Shown here in pieces: positions 1 through 9,358 of a stretch of 30,424 bases of DNA; position 1 is the stretch's first letter; the number at the start of each line of letters is the position of its first letter. Made by a program: the position numbers and the translations under genes. Below the pieces are notes generated by a model that worked only from the letters and a program-made list of their open reading frames with translations, was not told where the DNA came from and made no database searches. This DNA is from Candidatus Methanogasteraceae archaeon UBA261 (GTDB taxonomy: Archaea; Halobacteriota; Methanosarcinia; Methanosarcinales; Methanogasteraceae): NCBI GenBank assembly GCA_002506015.1, contig DAWR01000136.1, positions 1 through 30,424 of the forward strand, given 5' to 3'.

Positions 1-7
1 TGACCAG

Positions 8-60
8 TACTCACAAATCCCATCTTAAAACAGGTTACATCTCTCTGTGCCCTCTGTGGC
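8..60 (+). repeat. Family-2 palindromic intergenic repeat, right part (truncated by window edge)
   Basis: tactcacaaatcccatcttaaaacaggttacatctctctgtgccctctgtggc aligns with 19710-19763 (tactcacaaattccatcctaaaatttgttacatccatctatgaccctctctgga). Its end ctctgtgccctctgtggc is a near reverse complement of gccacatagagcacagag at 19675. Confidence 0.75.
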
Positions 61-110
61 AGTATGATGTGTACCCATGAAAATCGCAGTTTATGCTGGT
101 CGCTGAGTAT

Positions 111-123
111 AGCTAAACACGAC
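111..123 (+). repeat. Shell-I right arm (agctaaacacgac)
   Basis: Reverse complement of the gt(a/g)cgtgtttagct motif at 15003, 22697 and 23771. Lies 33 bp beyond the GGR stop. Confidence 0.5.
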
Positions 124-155
124 GTGAAAGTATATCCATTTAGCGTTAATGAATG

Positions 156-1334
156 TTAAAACAGCTTCCGCAAGCTCCATAGCATCTTTGGGTTCCTGCG
201 AACCAGTATTACCAGCAGTCCGAAGACGTCCATCGTGCTGAAATCGACATCCTTGACAGAATACGCGAGCTTGTTTAAGTCATCGTCAGCCATCGTCACG
301 AAACGATTCTTCACGGCAAGCGATCGCTTCAGCCGTTTGCCATGTTTCTCCCGCCAGATGGTATCGTATTCCCGCAATCTCGCCTTTGATACGTTTCCTT
401 CCTCAATTGCGTGCACTGCGACCTCTCCTGCGATTTTTCCCGCGTCCATCGCATTGATGATGCCGCCGCCTGTGAGCGGATCTGACTGGCGTGCCGCATC
501 GCCTACCAGCATCAACCCATCCGCAACCATCTCATCGAGCGGTCCCGACGTTGGCACGCCGCCGACCACAATCTCGAGGATTCTGGAGTCGTCGTACCTC
601 GTCTCCACGAAATCACGCAAAAGATCGATCGGGCGATTTTTGGAGCACGCATCACCGCCTATTGCAAGCCCTATATTTGCAGATCGCTCTCCCTTCGGAA
701 AGACCCAGAGATACCCGGTCGGCGCTATCGCGTTTCCGAGATAAAATTCACAGAAGTCCTGGCTGATATCGATGTTTGTAACAAGAAACTGCGCACCGGA
801 CTCAAGCTCGGATGGCTGAAGCGTTGTATCGATTCCAGCCCAGCGACCGATCTTGGATTCAACGCCGTCCGCACCGATCACGATCTTCGCACGAATCTCG
901 CGCTCTTCGCCGATATGCATCGCTGTTATGCCCCGGACATATCCGCCTTCGATTATCACACCTGTTGCCCGTGTCTTGACGCGCACCTCTACCCCGGCGA
1001 GTGCTGCCTCGTTGGCGAGTGCACGATCAAAAATCTTGCGTTCGAGCGTGTAGCCGACCTCCGCTCCCGAAACATCCTCTGATAGCTCAACAGGTGTTCC
1101 ATCCGGCGCAAATATCCGCGAACCTTTGACCTCTGCTGCGATCCATCGCGTGTCCGGTTCTATGTGTCTTTTGAGCTGTAGTTTCGCAACTCCCTCGGCG
1201 CATCTGACCGGATCTCCAATCTCCTGCCTCTTCTCAATCATGAGCACATCGAGCCCGTGCGAGGCGATGGTCTTTGCGGTGATCGAGCCAGCCGGACCCG
1301 AGCCGACGACAATGACATCGTATTCCTCTTTCAT
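156..1334 (-). CDS. Digeranylgeranylglycerophospholipid reductase (geranylgeranyl reductase family flavoprotein)
   Basis: N-terminal FAD motif DVIVVGSGPAGS, plus RCAEG, YLWVFPKG and LVGDAARQSDPLTGGGI motifs. ATG at 1334 (MKEEYD) is preferred over the TTG at 1349. Confidence 0.93.
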   Translation of the reverse strand: MKEEYDVIVVGSGPAGSITAKTIASHGLDVLMIEKRQEIGDPVRCAEGVAKLQLKRHIEPDTRWIAAEVKGSRIFAPDGTPVELSEDVSGAEVGYTLERKIFDRALANEAALAGVEVRVKTRATGVIIEGGYVRGITAMHIGEEREIRAKIVIGADGVESKIGRWAGIDTTLQPSELESGAQFLVTNIDISQDFCEFYLGNAIAPTGYLWVFPKGERSANIGLAIGGDACSKNRPIDLLRDFVETRYDDSRILEIVVGGVPTSGPLDEMVADGLMLVGDAARQSDPLTGGGIINAMDAGKIAGEVAVHAIEEGNVSKARLREYDTIWREKHGKRLKRSLAVKNRFVTMADDDLNKLAYSVKDVDFSTMDVFGLLVILVRRNPKMLWSLRKLF

Positions 1335-1355
1335 CTCAAAACCTCTCAAACGCCT

Positions 1356-1526
1356 TTACTCCAGAATCTCAATCGCGCCGACTGGGCAGACATTCACACA
1401 GGTCCCGCATTCGGTGCAGTCGTCTGATATCTCAATCCAGGTCTCCACGAGTTCGATTGCGCCAACTGGGCAGACCGAGACGCATGCACCACAGTATCCG
1501 CATTTGTATCGATTCACGCTGATCAT
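1356..1526 (-). CDS. 2x[4Fe-4S] ferredoxin, 56 aa (absent from the ORF track)
   Basis: Hand translation: MISVNRYKCGYCGACVSVCPVGAIELVETWIEISDDCTECGTCVNVCPVGAIEILE*, with two CxxCxxCxxxCP motifs. GGAGG SD upstream; its ATG overlaps the gatE stop (ATGA). Confidence 0.93.
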   Translation of the reverse strand: MISVNRYKCGYCGACVSVCPVGAIELVETWIEISDDCTECGTCVNVCPVGAIEILE

Positions 1527-3421
1527 AACAACTCCTCCCGGATCCTCTCAGCAAGCATCCTGTTGATCAATTTACCGTCCACCTTGCCTCGCAGCTCCTG
1601 CATCACAACACCCATCAACGGTCCGAGCGCACCCATCTCGCGCTCATGCACAAAGTCACGCCGCTCGGAAACAACTCTCGCAACCACATCTGCGACGGTC
1701 TCTTCGTCCGTACCGACGAGGCCGAGGCTTGCAGCGGCATCTTCCGCCGAGCGATCCGGTTGCTCTGCAAGTATGCGTAATATCTCAATTATCCCCTCTT
1801 TCGCAACCTTGCCATCTGCTATTAAGCCAAATAATTCTATGAAATGATTATTCTGTAATTTTTCAACAGAGATTCTGTCTTTCGTAATTTCGGTCAGGGT
1901 CGCGGTCAGAGTTCGCACCACAAGCGTAGCATCCACGCCCACGCTCACCGACTTCATGATATCTTCAAAGAGACTCAGGTTCCTCGAATATACGATCTGT
2001 TGTGCCAGATCCTTGGAAAGCTTGTACTCTGCTACATACCGGTCTTTTCGCTCTGAAAGCAGTTCAGGAACCGGTATCCTGTCGATTCTGCCCTGTATCG
2101 GAACCGCTGGAACATCGGTCTCGGGATACATCCGGGCAGCGCCCGGGAGCGGTCGAAGATAAGCAGTGGTGCCATCCGCAAGCATCTTCCGGGTCTCCTC
2201 GGGTACGCCGGATAGTGCCTGCTCTGCCCTCTCGGAGACCCCGTGCAGCGCATTCACTGCCCGGTCATGCGAATCAGCGATAATCACCACGCAATCATCG
2301 GGTCCCGCACCAACCTCGCCACGCAGTGCCGCAACTTCAGCAGCCGTGATTCCGTACGCTGGCAGCTCATCGGTGTGGAATATACCGCCGACTCCTGCCT
2401 TCTTTGCCCGGTCAGAGAACTCGGATCCGAGGCGGCGGTCTGGCTGAATCTCCTGCCCGACCATGCCAGCAAACCCGCGGAGCGTGAGCGCAAGCACACA
2501 CCCCTTCGCAACCGCACGTTTGATGATCGCTGACTCCGAATCCTTGAAAAGGTTGGTCACATCCACAATCCCGCCAGCGTCAACCCCGGCGCCTCTCTTT
2601 ACAAGTTCATCCTTGATCTCAAGCAGCCGCACCTGGCGCAGCGCCTCCAGCTCAACGATCGTCTCGATTAAATCCAGTTCCTGAACGCCTTTGACCTCCA
2701 CCCTCGCGCCCTCTGCAATCGAAATGTTGACGTCCTGACGGATAGTGCCAATCCCGCGCTTCACAGCGCCCGTCGATCTGAGGATCATTCCGATCTGTTC
2801 AGCCGTCTCTCTCGCGTGCGCCGGTGAGACAATATCAGGAGCGGTCCCGATCTCAACCAGTGGAATTCCGAGGCGGTCGAGCGAGAAGACGACGACATCC
2901 TGCTTCTCCTCGACTCGCTGGCATGCCTCCTCCTCAAGGCAGAGCACGTCCACGCCAACCCTGCCCTCGCTGGTCTCGAGATATCCGTCCGTTGCCGCAA
3001 GCGACGTGCGCTGGAACCCGGTTGTGTTCGAGCCGTCAATTACGAGCTTGCGCATGACATGGAGCTCGTCAACAGGACGCATCTTCAGCAATCTGGCGAC
3101 CATGAGTGTGATATCGATCGCCTCCTCGTTCAGCTCGCGGGGAGGTTCTTCATCATTTTCGACGAGACAGGTGCTCGGATACGCTTTGTAAATGAATTTG
3201 CGGATGTGCTGCACTTCTTCAAGCGCTGCCCTGTCGGTTTCGCCCATTTCGCTCTGCGTGGGGCGGAGGTATCTGTAGAATTCGTAGTTTGATTCGCTTG
3301 TGTCCCGCAGGAGGGTTGGGCATCTGCAGAAGAGTTTGTGTGCGGAGTTGAGTTGCTGGTGAATCTCCAGTCCGGATTTGAGCCCGAGCTTTCTGTAATC
3401 GAGGTTGTTCGAGTCTGTCAT
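1523..3421 (-). CDS. gatE: Glu-tRNA(Gln) amidotransferase subunit E
   Basis: LGLKSGLEIHQQL, KLFCRCP, RKLVIDGSNTTGFQRT, LDRLGIPLVEI and GAARMYPETD motifs. Start placed at MTDSNN (3421). Confidence 0.96.
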   Translation of the reverse strand: MTDSNNLDYRKLGLKSGLEIHQQLNSAHKLFCRCPTLLRDTSESNYEFYRYLRPTQSEMGETDRAALEEVQHIRKFIYKAYPSTCLVENDEEPPRELNEEAIDITLMVARLLKMRPVDELHVMRKLVIDGSNTTGFQRTSLAATDGYLETSEGRVGVDVLCLEEEACQRVEEKQDVVVFSLDRLGIPLVEIGTAPDIVSPAHARETAEQIGMILRSTGAVKRGIGTIRQDVNISIAEGARVEVKGVQELDLIETIVELEALRQVRLLEIKDELVKRGAGVDAGGIVDVTNLFKDSESAIIKRAVAKGCVLALTLRGFAGMVGQEIQPDRRLGSEFSDRAKKAGVGGIFHTDELPAYGITAAEVAALRGEVGAGPDDCVVIIADSHDRAVNALHGVSERAEQALSGVPEETRKMLADGTTAYLRPLPGAARMYPETDVPAVPIQGRIDRIPVPELLSERKDRYVAEYKLSKDLAQQIVYSRNLSLFEDIMKSVSVGVDATLVVRTLTATLTEITKDRISVEKLQNNHFIELFGLIADGKVAKEGIIEILRILAEQPDRSAEDAAASLGLVGTDEETVADVVARVVSERRDFVHEREMGALGPLMGVVMQELRGKVDGKLINRMLAERIREELL

Positions 3422-3509
3422 TTGATGCTTATATCGTTGTGCTAGATGGTATATAATTACATCGTTTCCGTGGGGCTGCCGGGTTAGGTGGCGCCGGATC
3501 ATTCCACGG

Positions 3510-4151
3510 TCACAGCGTCCTCTGCGCTGCGGATGCGATCACGTTTCTCGCGGTCTTCCACGAATGCCGCACACAATCCGGGAGACTCCCGTTCTCACGG
3601 TACCACCCCTTCAGGAACCGGATTGTCACCGGATCGGACGGATAGCCACTGCCGATCTTTCCGATCTCGCTCTGCAGTGCATCGATCGCACGATCTCTGG
3701 CAACCTTTGCGATGATGGATGCTGCGGCAACGATCGGGTACGTATCATCGGCTCTGTGCCGCGAAGTGACTGCGACTGCGAGTTTGCATTCTTTCTGTAC
3801 GTTTCTTCCGAAGCGCGCCTCGTTAACGTCCGCAGCATCCAGAAACGCGTGCTCCGGTCGCAGATGTTCGAGCACTCGGGCATTGCAGATGACCACGATC
3901 TCGTTCATGGTCTTGATTGTGCGCAGTTCATCGATCTGCTGCGCACTCACCTCGAAAACGAAGACGCCGTCGGCGATCTCTCTGATCTTCTCATCCAGAA
4001 GCGTGCGCCTCCTCGGAGTCAGCTTCTTGGAGTCTTTTACGCCGCATGCTTTGATCAGATGCACCCGCTCCTCGTCAATTGCCACGCCTGCGACACACAT
4101 CGGTCCGATCACCGGACCCTTGCCAGCCTCGTCGATTCCCGCGATCTTCAT
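3510..4151 (-). CDS. rnhB: Ribonuclease HII
   Basis: AGIDEAGKGPVIGP, GVKDSKKL, DAAD, HRADDTYPIVAAASIIAKVARD and GSGYPSDP motifs. Confidence 0.96.
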   Translation of the reverse strand: MKIAGIDEAGKGPVIGPMCVAGVAIDEERVHLIKACGVKDSKKLTPRRRTLLDEKIREIADGVFVFEVSAQQIDELRTIKTMNEIVVICNARVLEHLRPEHAFLDAADVNEARFGRNVQKECKLAVAVTSRHRADDTYPIVAAASIIAKVARDRAIDALQSEIGKIGSGYPSDPVTIRFLKGWYRENGSLPDCVRHSWKTARNVIASAAQRTL

Positions 4152-4278
4152 GGATAAGTATGATCGGTTGAGCGGATAAAGATGATCCGGTGGCCCGGTC
4201 GAAAGTGACTGTCCGATGAGGGCAGCTATTCCAAGGAGTGATTGCGAACCATTGCAATTGCAAGAATCGTAACGATAT

Positions 4279-4426
4279 GGTACTTACTCAATATTAGGTG
4301 GATATCCGCCATATAAAACCATGAGATTACACAAGATTGACACAGAAATCTTGTGGAGATGGCTGCGCCACTGCTTCGCAGACTGTGCAATCTTGTGGTT
4401 CCCATCATATAGTAATTGAGCATGTT
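4279..4426 (-). repeat. Family-1 palindromic repeat, copy A (84-bp core 4317-4400 in shell II)
   Basis: Reverse complement of the core reads aaccacaagattgcacagtctgcgaagcagtggcgcagccatctccacaagatttctgtgtcaatcttgtgtaatctcatggtt, collinear with 8692-8775 and 15022-15105. Both flanks also match copy B. Confidence 0.9.
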
Positions 4427-4449
4427 CACAATGTGGCTACTGGAACGAG

Positions 4450-4893
4450 TCACCCAAGTTCATCCACAAATTTGAGCAAAGCGTGAGCGTCCCTGATCTT
4501 TTTTCGCACTTCCCTTCTGCGAAGGTCTTTATCAGGATTCCGTCCCTGCTCAATCTCCTTTAAGTCCATAATCGCACGCAACAGTCCGGAAGCTTCATTG
4601 TACAGGGTATATGCATCTTCCTCAGTGAGGTTTGCTTTTGCGATACGACGCTCATCGCATGCTTCTTTCTTCTCAAGAAATCTGATCAGCGATTCGATCC
4701 CGGCAATCTCCCGGTCAGTCAGTTCCCTCTTATTGAAGAGCTTCCAGATCAATTCGTGAAGTGAGATACTCCGTCCATTGATCTCAACCACATCAGGTAT
4801 CTCCGCGCCGACCCAGACCAGATATCCATGCAGTCTGTGCAACAATCTCTCTCGCTCGTGCGTCGAGAGCGCCTCTTCATCGTGTGGCGCCAT
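4450..4893 (-). CDS. Conserved archaeal hypothetical protein (DUF5788-like)
   Basis: 147-aa helical ORF ([22 protein letters not shown]) overlapping the lonB stop. The DUF label is from recall and is unverified. Confidence 0.7.
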   Translation of the reverse strand: MAPHDEEALSTHERERLLHRLHGYLVWVGAEIPDVVEINGRSISLHELIWKLFNKRELTDREIAGIESLIRFLEKKEACDERRIAKANLTEEDAYTLYNEASGLLRAIMDLKEIEQGRNPDKDLRRREVRKKIRDAHALLKFVDELG

Positions 4894-6796
4894 AGGCAGG
4901 AGTTGGTAAACTGAGCTCCGGGAGCGGGATGTTCACTTTCTTTGTTGAGAATTTCTTGATTCGCTCAATCAAACTATCTTTTCCGGCTCCGACCAGACTG
5001 AGTTCAAGCACCTCGCTGATCTTTGAGACCGGGATGATCTTCACCATCTCACGATAGCGGTCCTCGATTAAGACATCATCCTCGTTCGCCTTGGGTATGA
5101 TGACAGTCTTGATTCCAGCCTGTGCGGCAGCCTCGATCTTGTATGTGACGCCGCCCACGGGTAGCACGTCGCCCCTCACAGAGAGAGATCCGGTCATTGC
5201 GACTGACTGATCGATCGGGATTCCTTCGAACGCGGATATCACCGCCGTTGCTATGGAGATTGATGCGCTGTCACCTTCCACGCCCTCATACGTGCCTATG
5301 AACTGGACATGAATGTCCATATTCGTCGTACCGGTGCCTGTGACCTTCTTGATCAGTGCGGAGACGTTCTGCACGGCTTCCTTTGCGATGTCCTTCAGCA
5401 TACCTGTTGCGATCAGGTTTCCTGCGCTCTTGGATATCGCTGGCGTGACCTCTGCCATGATCGGCAGAACGATTCCCGAATCGCCGCCCATGATCGCAAG
5501 TCCGTTCACCCGTCCGACCTCCTCGCCCTTCTTCTGGTACATCTTGTAGTCCATGCGCCGCTCAAGATACTGGTCTGCGAGTTGCTGCTCAACCGACCTC
5601 GACATATGCTTTGCAGCAAGAACATGTGCCGATGTCACAACCGGCGCCAGCTCCGAACGGGCGATGTCGCCTGACACGCGCACAAGACCGCCGAGATCTC
5701 GCAGTTTCAGTGTGAGGTGGTCTTTTCTTCCGGCACGGCGTTTTGCTTCACGTAGTATTTCCATAAGAGCGCTCTTGTCGAAATGAGGAATCTTTCCGTC
5801 CTTCTCGACCTCCTGTGCAACAAATCGGACGATCTTTCTCCGGTTCTCTGGCGTATCTTCCATCGAATCACGCATATATATCTCGTATCCGTATCCCTTG
5901 ATCCTCGACCTGAGTGCAGGGTGCATGCCCTCTATTGAGTCCAGGTTCCCCGCTGCAACCATGATAAAGCCACACGGAACCGGCTTTGTCTTGACGAGAG
6001 CGCCTGAACTACGTTCTGACTGTCCTGTGATCGAATACTCCCTCTCCTGCAGTGCAGTGAGCAGGCTCTGCTGGGATTCGGGGCGCAGAATGTTGATCTC
6101 GTCGATGAAGAGCACGCCTTTGTGTGCTTTGTGGATGTCTCCTGCCTCCACACGATCATGGGACGGCGTCTCGAGTCCACCTGACTGGAAGGGATCGTGC
6201 CGCACATCGCCGAGCAATGCTCCTGCGTGTGCACCTGTCGCGTCCATGAACGGTGATGTGTCCTTGTTCGCGTTGTTCACGAGCAGCTTCGGTACGATCG
6301 CTTTTCCGCCCTGCACGAACTGCCTGCCGATCACCATGATTAAGAGAACAGCAAGAATCCCCCACAGCAGAGCCATTCCGCCGAGTGTTGCAGCATAGAG
6401 GAGGATGCAGAATCCGACTATCAGTAGAATTGTGTTTCTGACCTGTGCCTTTTGCTGAGCTTCAATTTTATGGGCGTTGACGATCTGTATTCCTTTCCCA
6501 GCCCGAACCTCTCGGATCAGCGGGTTATTTGCATCTTCCGGGTTGTGATAGACGAGTACGTCTTTTAATTCTTCCTTTGGAAGGAGTTCAGCCATCGCCT
6601 GGGCTAGCATCGATTTTCCGGTGCCAGGAGTTCCTATCAGCAATACGTGCCTCCGCTGCTGTGCCGCCTTCTTGATGATCTCGCTGGCATCTTCTTGCCC
6701 GATCACCTGATCAATCAAGAGCGGTGGAACTTCAAGATCCTTTGTCGATTCGATATCCGCTCCGCCGAGCAGATCACCGTTCGGTTCGTCGCCCAT
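4877..6796 (-). CDS. lonB: Archaeal membrane-anchored ATP-dependent protease LonB
   Basis: DQVIGQ, Walker A GTPGTGKS, two-helix hydrophobic insert, Walker B VLFIDE, catalytic EGDSAS Ser and downstream Lys (YKIEAA). Start at 6796 is likely; the track uses 6847. Confidence 0.95.
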   Translation of the reverse strand: MGDEPNGDLLGGADIESTKDLEVPPLLIDQVIGQEDASEIIKKAAQQRRHVLLIGTPGTGKSMLAQAMAELLPKEELKDVLVYHNPEDANNPLIREVRAGKGIQIVNAHKIEAQQKAQVRNTILLIVGFCILLYAATLGGMALLWGILAVLLIMVIGRQFVQGGKAIVPKLLVNNANKDTSPFMDATGAHAGALLGDVRHDPFQSGGLETPSHDRVEAGDIHKAHKGVLFIDEINILRPESQQSLLTALQEREYSITGQSERSSGALVKTKPVPCGFIMVAAGNLDSIEGMHPALRSRIKGYGYEIYMRDSMEDTPENRRKIVRFVAQEVEKDGKIPHFDKSALMEILREAKRRAGRKDHLTLKLRDLGGLVRVSGDIARSELAPVVTSAHVLAAKHMSRSVEQQLADQYLERRMDYKMYQKKGEEVGRVNGLAIMGGDSGIVLPIMAEVTPAISKSAGNLIATGMLKDIAKEAVQNVSALIKKVTGTGTTNMDIHVQFIGTYEGVEGDSASISIATAVISAFEGIPIDQSVAMTGSLSVRGDVLPVGGVTYKIEAAAQAGIKTVIIPKANEDDVLIEDRYREMVKIIPVSKISEVLELSLVGAGKDSLIERIKKFSTKKVNIPLPELSLPTPAYGATR

Positions 6797-7035
6797 ATAG
6801 AACAGTCCATCGATCGGCACATAAATGTTCGCTCCAGTCCGAGCCATATAAACAGATCGTTCGGATTTGTAATGATGCGGTCAATAACCATAATTGGGAT
6901 AACAGACATAATGGAATTGAAGGAGATCAAATGAAATCAAATGTTGAAAATCAAGGATCTAAAGATATGCATCTTTTGAAATTAGAGATTAAAACGGATA
7001 ATTACAAAAAATAAGATACCACAGGAGATGATTTT

Positions 7036-8529
7036 ATGTCCCACTTTGAAACCATGCACAAGGACTCAGCAGGCAGGATCGGTAGATTGTACACCGGACA
7101 CGGGAGAATCGAGACTCCCACAGTCATGCCTGTCATCAACCCAAATATACAGATGATACCTGCCTCCGAACTTGCAAAATTCGGAGCAGAGATCGTGATC
7201 ACCAACGCATACATCATATACCGAAATCCGGAACTGATGGACCATGCAATCGAAAAAGGTGTGCATTCCCTGCTCGATTTCGATGGTGCGATCATGACCG
7301 ATTCAGGATCGTATCAGCTATCGGTGTATCATGATATCGAGATCACATCAGACGAGATCGTCCGTTTTCAGCAGAAAATCGGCTCTGACATTGGCGTGCC
7401 GCTCGACATCCCGACGCCGCCAGACGTATCGCACGAACGCGCCGAATCCGAGATGAAGACGACGATTGCGCGATGCAGAGAGGCGCGTGGACTGGTACAG
7501 GAAACGATGCAGCCAGGGGCGCAGTCGCAGGAAACGATGCTCCTTGCAGGTCCAGTTCAGGGCGCAACTCACCCGGATCTGCGATATGAATGTGCACGCA
7601 CGCTCTCCGAGACCGGATTCGACATGTATCCCATCGGTGCGGTTGTGCCGCTGCTCACGAGTTACCGGTTCGCAGAGATGGTGGATGTGATCGTCGCAGC
7701 AAAGAAGGGGCTCCCGCCGGCTGCGCCCGTTCACCTCTTCGGTGCGGGACATCCTGCGATGTTTGCGCTTGCCGTTGCACTCGGATGCGATCTCTTCGAT
7801 TCGGCAGCTTATGCGCTCTACGCAAGGGATGGGCGATATATGACCGCCAGCGGGACGTATCATCTGGATACTCTCCAGCATCTCCCGTGCTCATGCCCAA
7901 TCTGCACGTCATACACCGCAGACGAGTTGAAAAGTGAGTTTGCTAACGGTAACATAATTCCACTTGCAAAACACAATCTTTACGCAACGTACGCAGAGAT
8001 CAACACAATAAAGCAGTGCATAATCGAAGGGAACCTCTGGGAACTCGTTGAACGCAGATGCAGGGCGCATCCGAGGCTGCTCGACGGGCTGAGGCGTGCG
8101 GTTAGCCACGCTGACTGGATCGAGACGCTCGACCCGGTCCGGAAATCGACGTTCTTCTACTGCGGAAGCGAGTCATCACGCCGTTCAGAGGTTTTGAGGT
8201 TTGGAAATCGGCTTGACCGGTTCGATCTGTCCGGAACCGTGCTCATCCGCACGCGGAAGGTCAAGAGAGAGGATGAGTTCGATCATGTTCTCGATCTTAA
8301 ACCGCCGTTCGGTGCGTATCCTGTGGAACTCGGCGAGACATATCCGTTCAACGCGGAGGTTTCGAAGTTTCCGGATCACGATGCGATCGAGTCTGCGCTC
8401 CAAAATGTGCTTCGGCTGATTGAACTCAATTCAGATGCGGAGTTTACGGTTGTATGCGGATGGGATCATCCGTTGATAGCTGATATAAGGGGTCTTCCGA
8501 ATGTGCAAGAAGTTGCGGCGTTGTGGTAG
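7036..8529 (+). CDS. tgtA: Archaeosine tRNA-guanine(15) transglycosylase (short form without C-terminal PUA domain)
   Basis: GRIGRL, ETPTVMPVINP, IMTDSGSYQL, HLFGAGHP, GCDLFDSAAY, Zn site CSCPIC...HN and LVERRCRAHP. SD ggaga upstream. Confidence 0.95.
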   Translation: MSHFETMHKDSAGRIGRLYTGHGRIETPTVMPVINPNIQMIPASELAKFGAEIVITNAYIIYRNPELMDHAIEKGVHSLLDFDGAIMTDSGSYQLSVYHDIEITSDEIVRFQQKIGSDIGVPLDIPTPPDVSHERAESEMKTTIARCREARGLVQETMQPGAQSQETMLLAGPVQGATHPDLRYECARTLSETGFDMYPIGAVVPLLTSYRFAEMVDVIVAAKKGLPPAAPVHLFGAGHPAMFALAVALGCDLFDSAAYALYARDGRYMTASGTYHLDTLQHLPCSCPICTSYTADELKSEFANGNIIPLAKHNLYATYAEINTIKQCIIEGNLWELVERRCRAHPRLLDGLRRAVSHADWIETLDPVRKSTFFYCGSESSRRSEVLRFGNRLDRFDLSGTVLIRTRKVKREDEFDHVLDLKPPFGAYPVELGETYPFNAEVSKFPDHDAIESALQNVLRLIELNSDAEFTVVCGWDHPLIADIRGLPNVQEVAALW

Positions 8530-8668
8530 CCAGACTCGGTTGTATAAGCCGCGGATTGTGCGGTATCGGTCTAACATAAGATTTATCCGAAGAATTCCGT
8601 ATGATATTTGAGTGTGTTTGAATCAATGAGTAAACAGGTCTCGGTTTGTAGGACACCACACAAAAATA

Positions 8669-8812
8669 AATATGCTCAATAACGTGATAGGAACCATAAG
8701 ATCACACAGTCTGCGAAGCATCGGCGCAGCCATCTCCACAAGATTTCTGTCTTGATCTCGTGTAATCTTGTGGTTTTATATGCGCACATCCACACAATAT
8801 TGAATGAGTGCC
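8669..8812 (+). repeat. Family-1 palindromic repeat, copy B (84-bp core 8692-8775 in shell II)
   Basis: Core aaccataagatcacacagtctgcgaagcatcggcgcagccatctccacaagatttctgtcttgatctcgtgtaatcttgtggtt. Flanks atgctcaata and tattgaatgagtgcc. Lies between the convergent tgtA and DUF2103 genes. Confidence 0.9.
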
Positions 8813-8859
8813 CCCAAAAATCTCATATACATCAGCACAAGCGAACGAAACAGACGCCT

Positions 8860-9174
8860 TCAACGGTCCAGTGCATCCGAAAGCATCTCATTCAGCTCGC
8901 GCCGGAGCAATTCTCCCTGCTCGAAATTCTCCACCGTCGTTACGATGCGCAGTTCCTGTGCTGATGTTCCGGATGAGATCAAGAGACGGAGATTGCCTCG
9001 CGCATCGGGGCGCAGCACCTTGGCTGTGGTCTTACCGCCGGCGTGCCCCTTGACACTGATAACCGTGGGAACGATCCGCTTTACCAATGGATGTTTTGCT
9101 ACGATTCTCACTACCTTCTTTCCGGTTCGTCCACTGATTACGGTGCTGTGTGCGCCGCCGAGTTTGTCAGGCAT
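8860..9174 (-). CDS. DUF2103-family protein
   Basis: KLGGAHSTVISGR, HPLVKRIVP, GNLRLL and QELRIVTT pattern. Start at MPDKLGG with ggaga SD; the track uses 9252. Confidence 0.8.
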   Translation of the reverse strand: MPDKLGGAHSTVISGRTGKKVVRIVAKHPLVKRIVPTVISVKGHAGGKTTAKVLRPDARGNLRLLISSGTSAQELRIVTTVENFEQGELLRRELNEMLSDALDR

Positions 9175-9358
9175 TCGAATCTCCAATTCACATTGGGTCA
9201 TGCATGATCGTAATATTTCCTGTAACACCACCCCGAGAGGGGCATCAACCAAATCTTTTTATTCATCTGATACGAAACAAAAACCGTTGCGTCCCCCAGC
9301 GTGTCACCGGATGAAAGATCGAGACGGGGCAGGAAACTGACTGGAACAGGAGATAGAA

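Noticed and set aside
1523-3421. gatE without adjacent gatD; tgtA without PUA domain or arcS
   Set aside because: Unlinked gatD and split or short TgtA are known arrangements in euryarchaeal genomes.
4225-4255. T-loop-like GGTTCGCAATC on the minus strand (tRNA fragment?)
   Set aside because: No T-stem pairing, D-arm or acceptor stem.
4185-4263. Hammerhead-like words (gaaa ... ccgatgag) with small hairpins and the ttgcaattgcaa palindrome upstream of rnhB
   Set aside because: Only 8 nt separate GAAA from CCGAUGA, which is too little for stems III and I. No valid three-way junction can be drawn.
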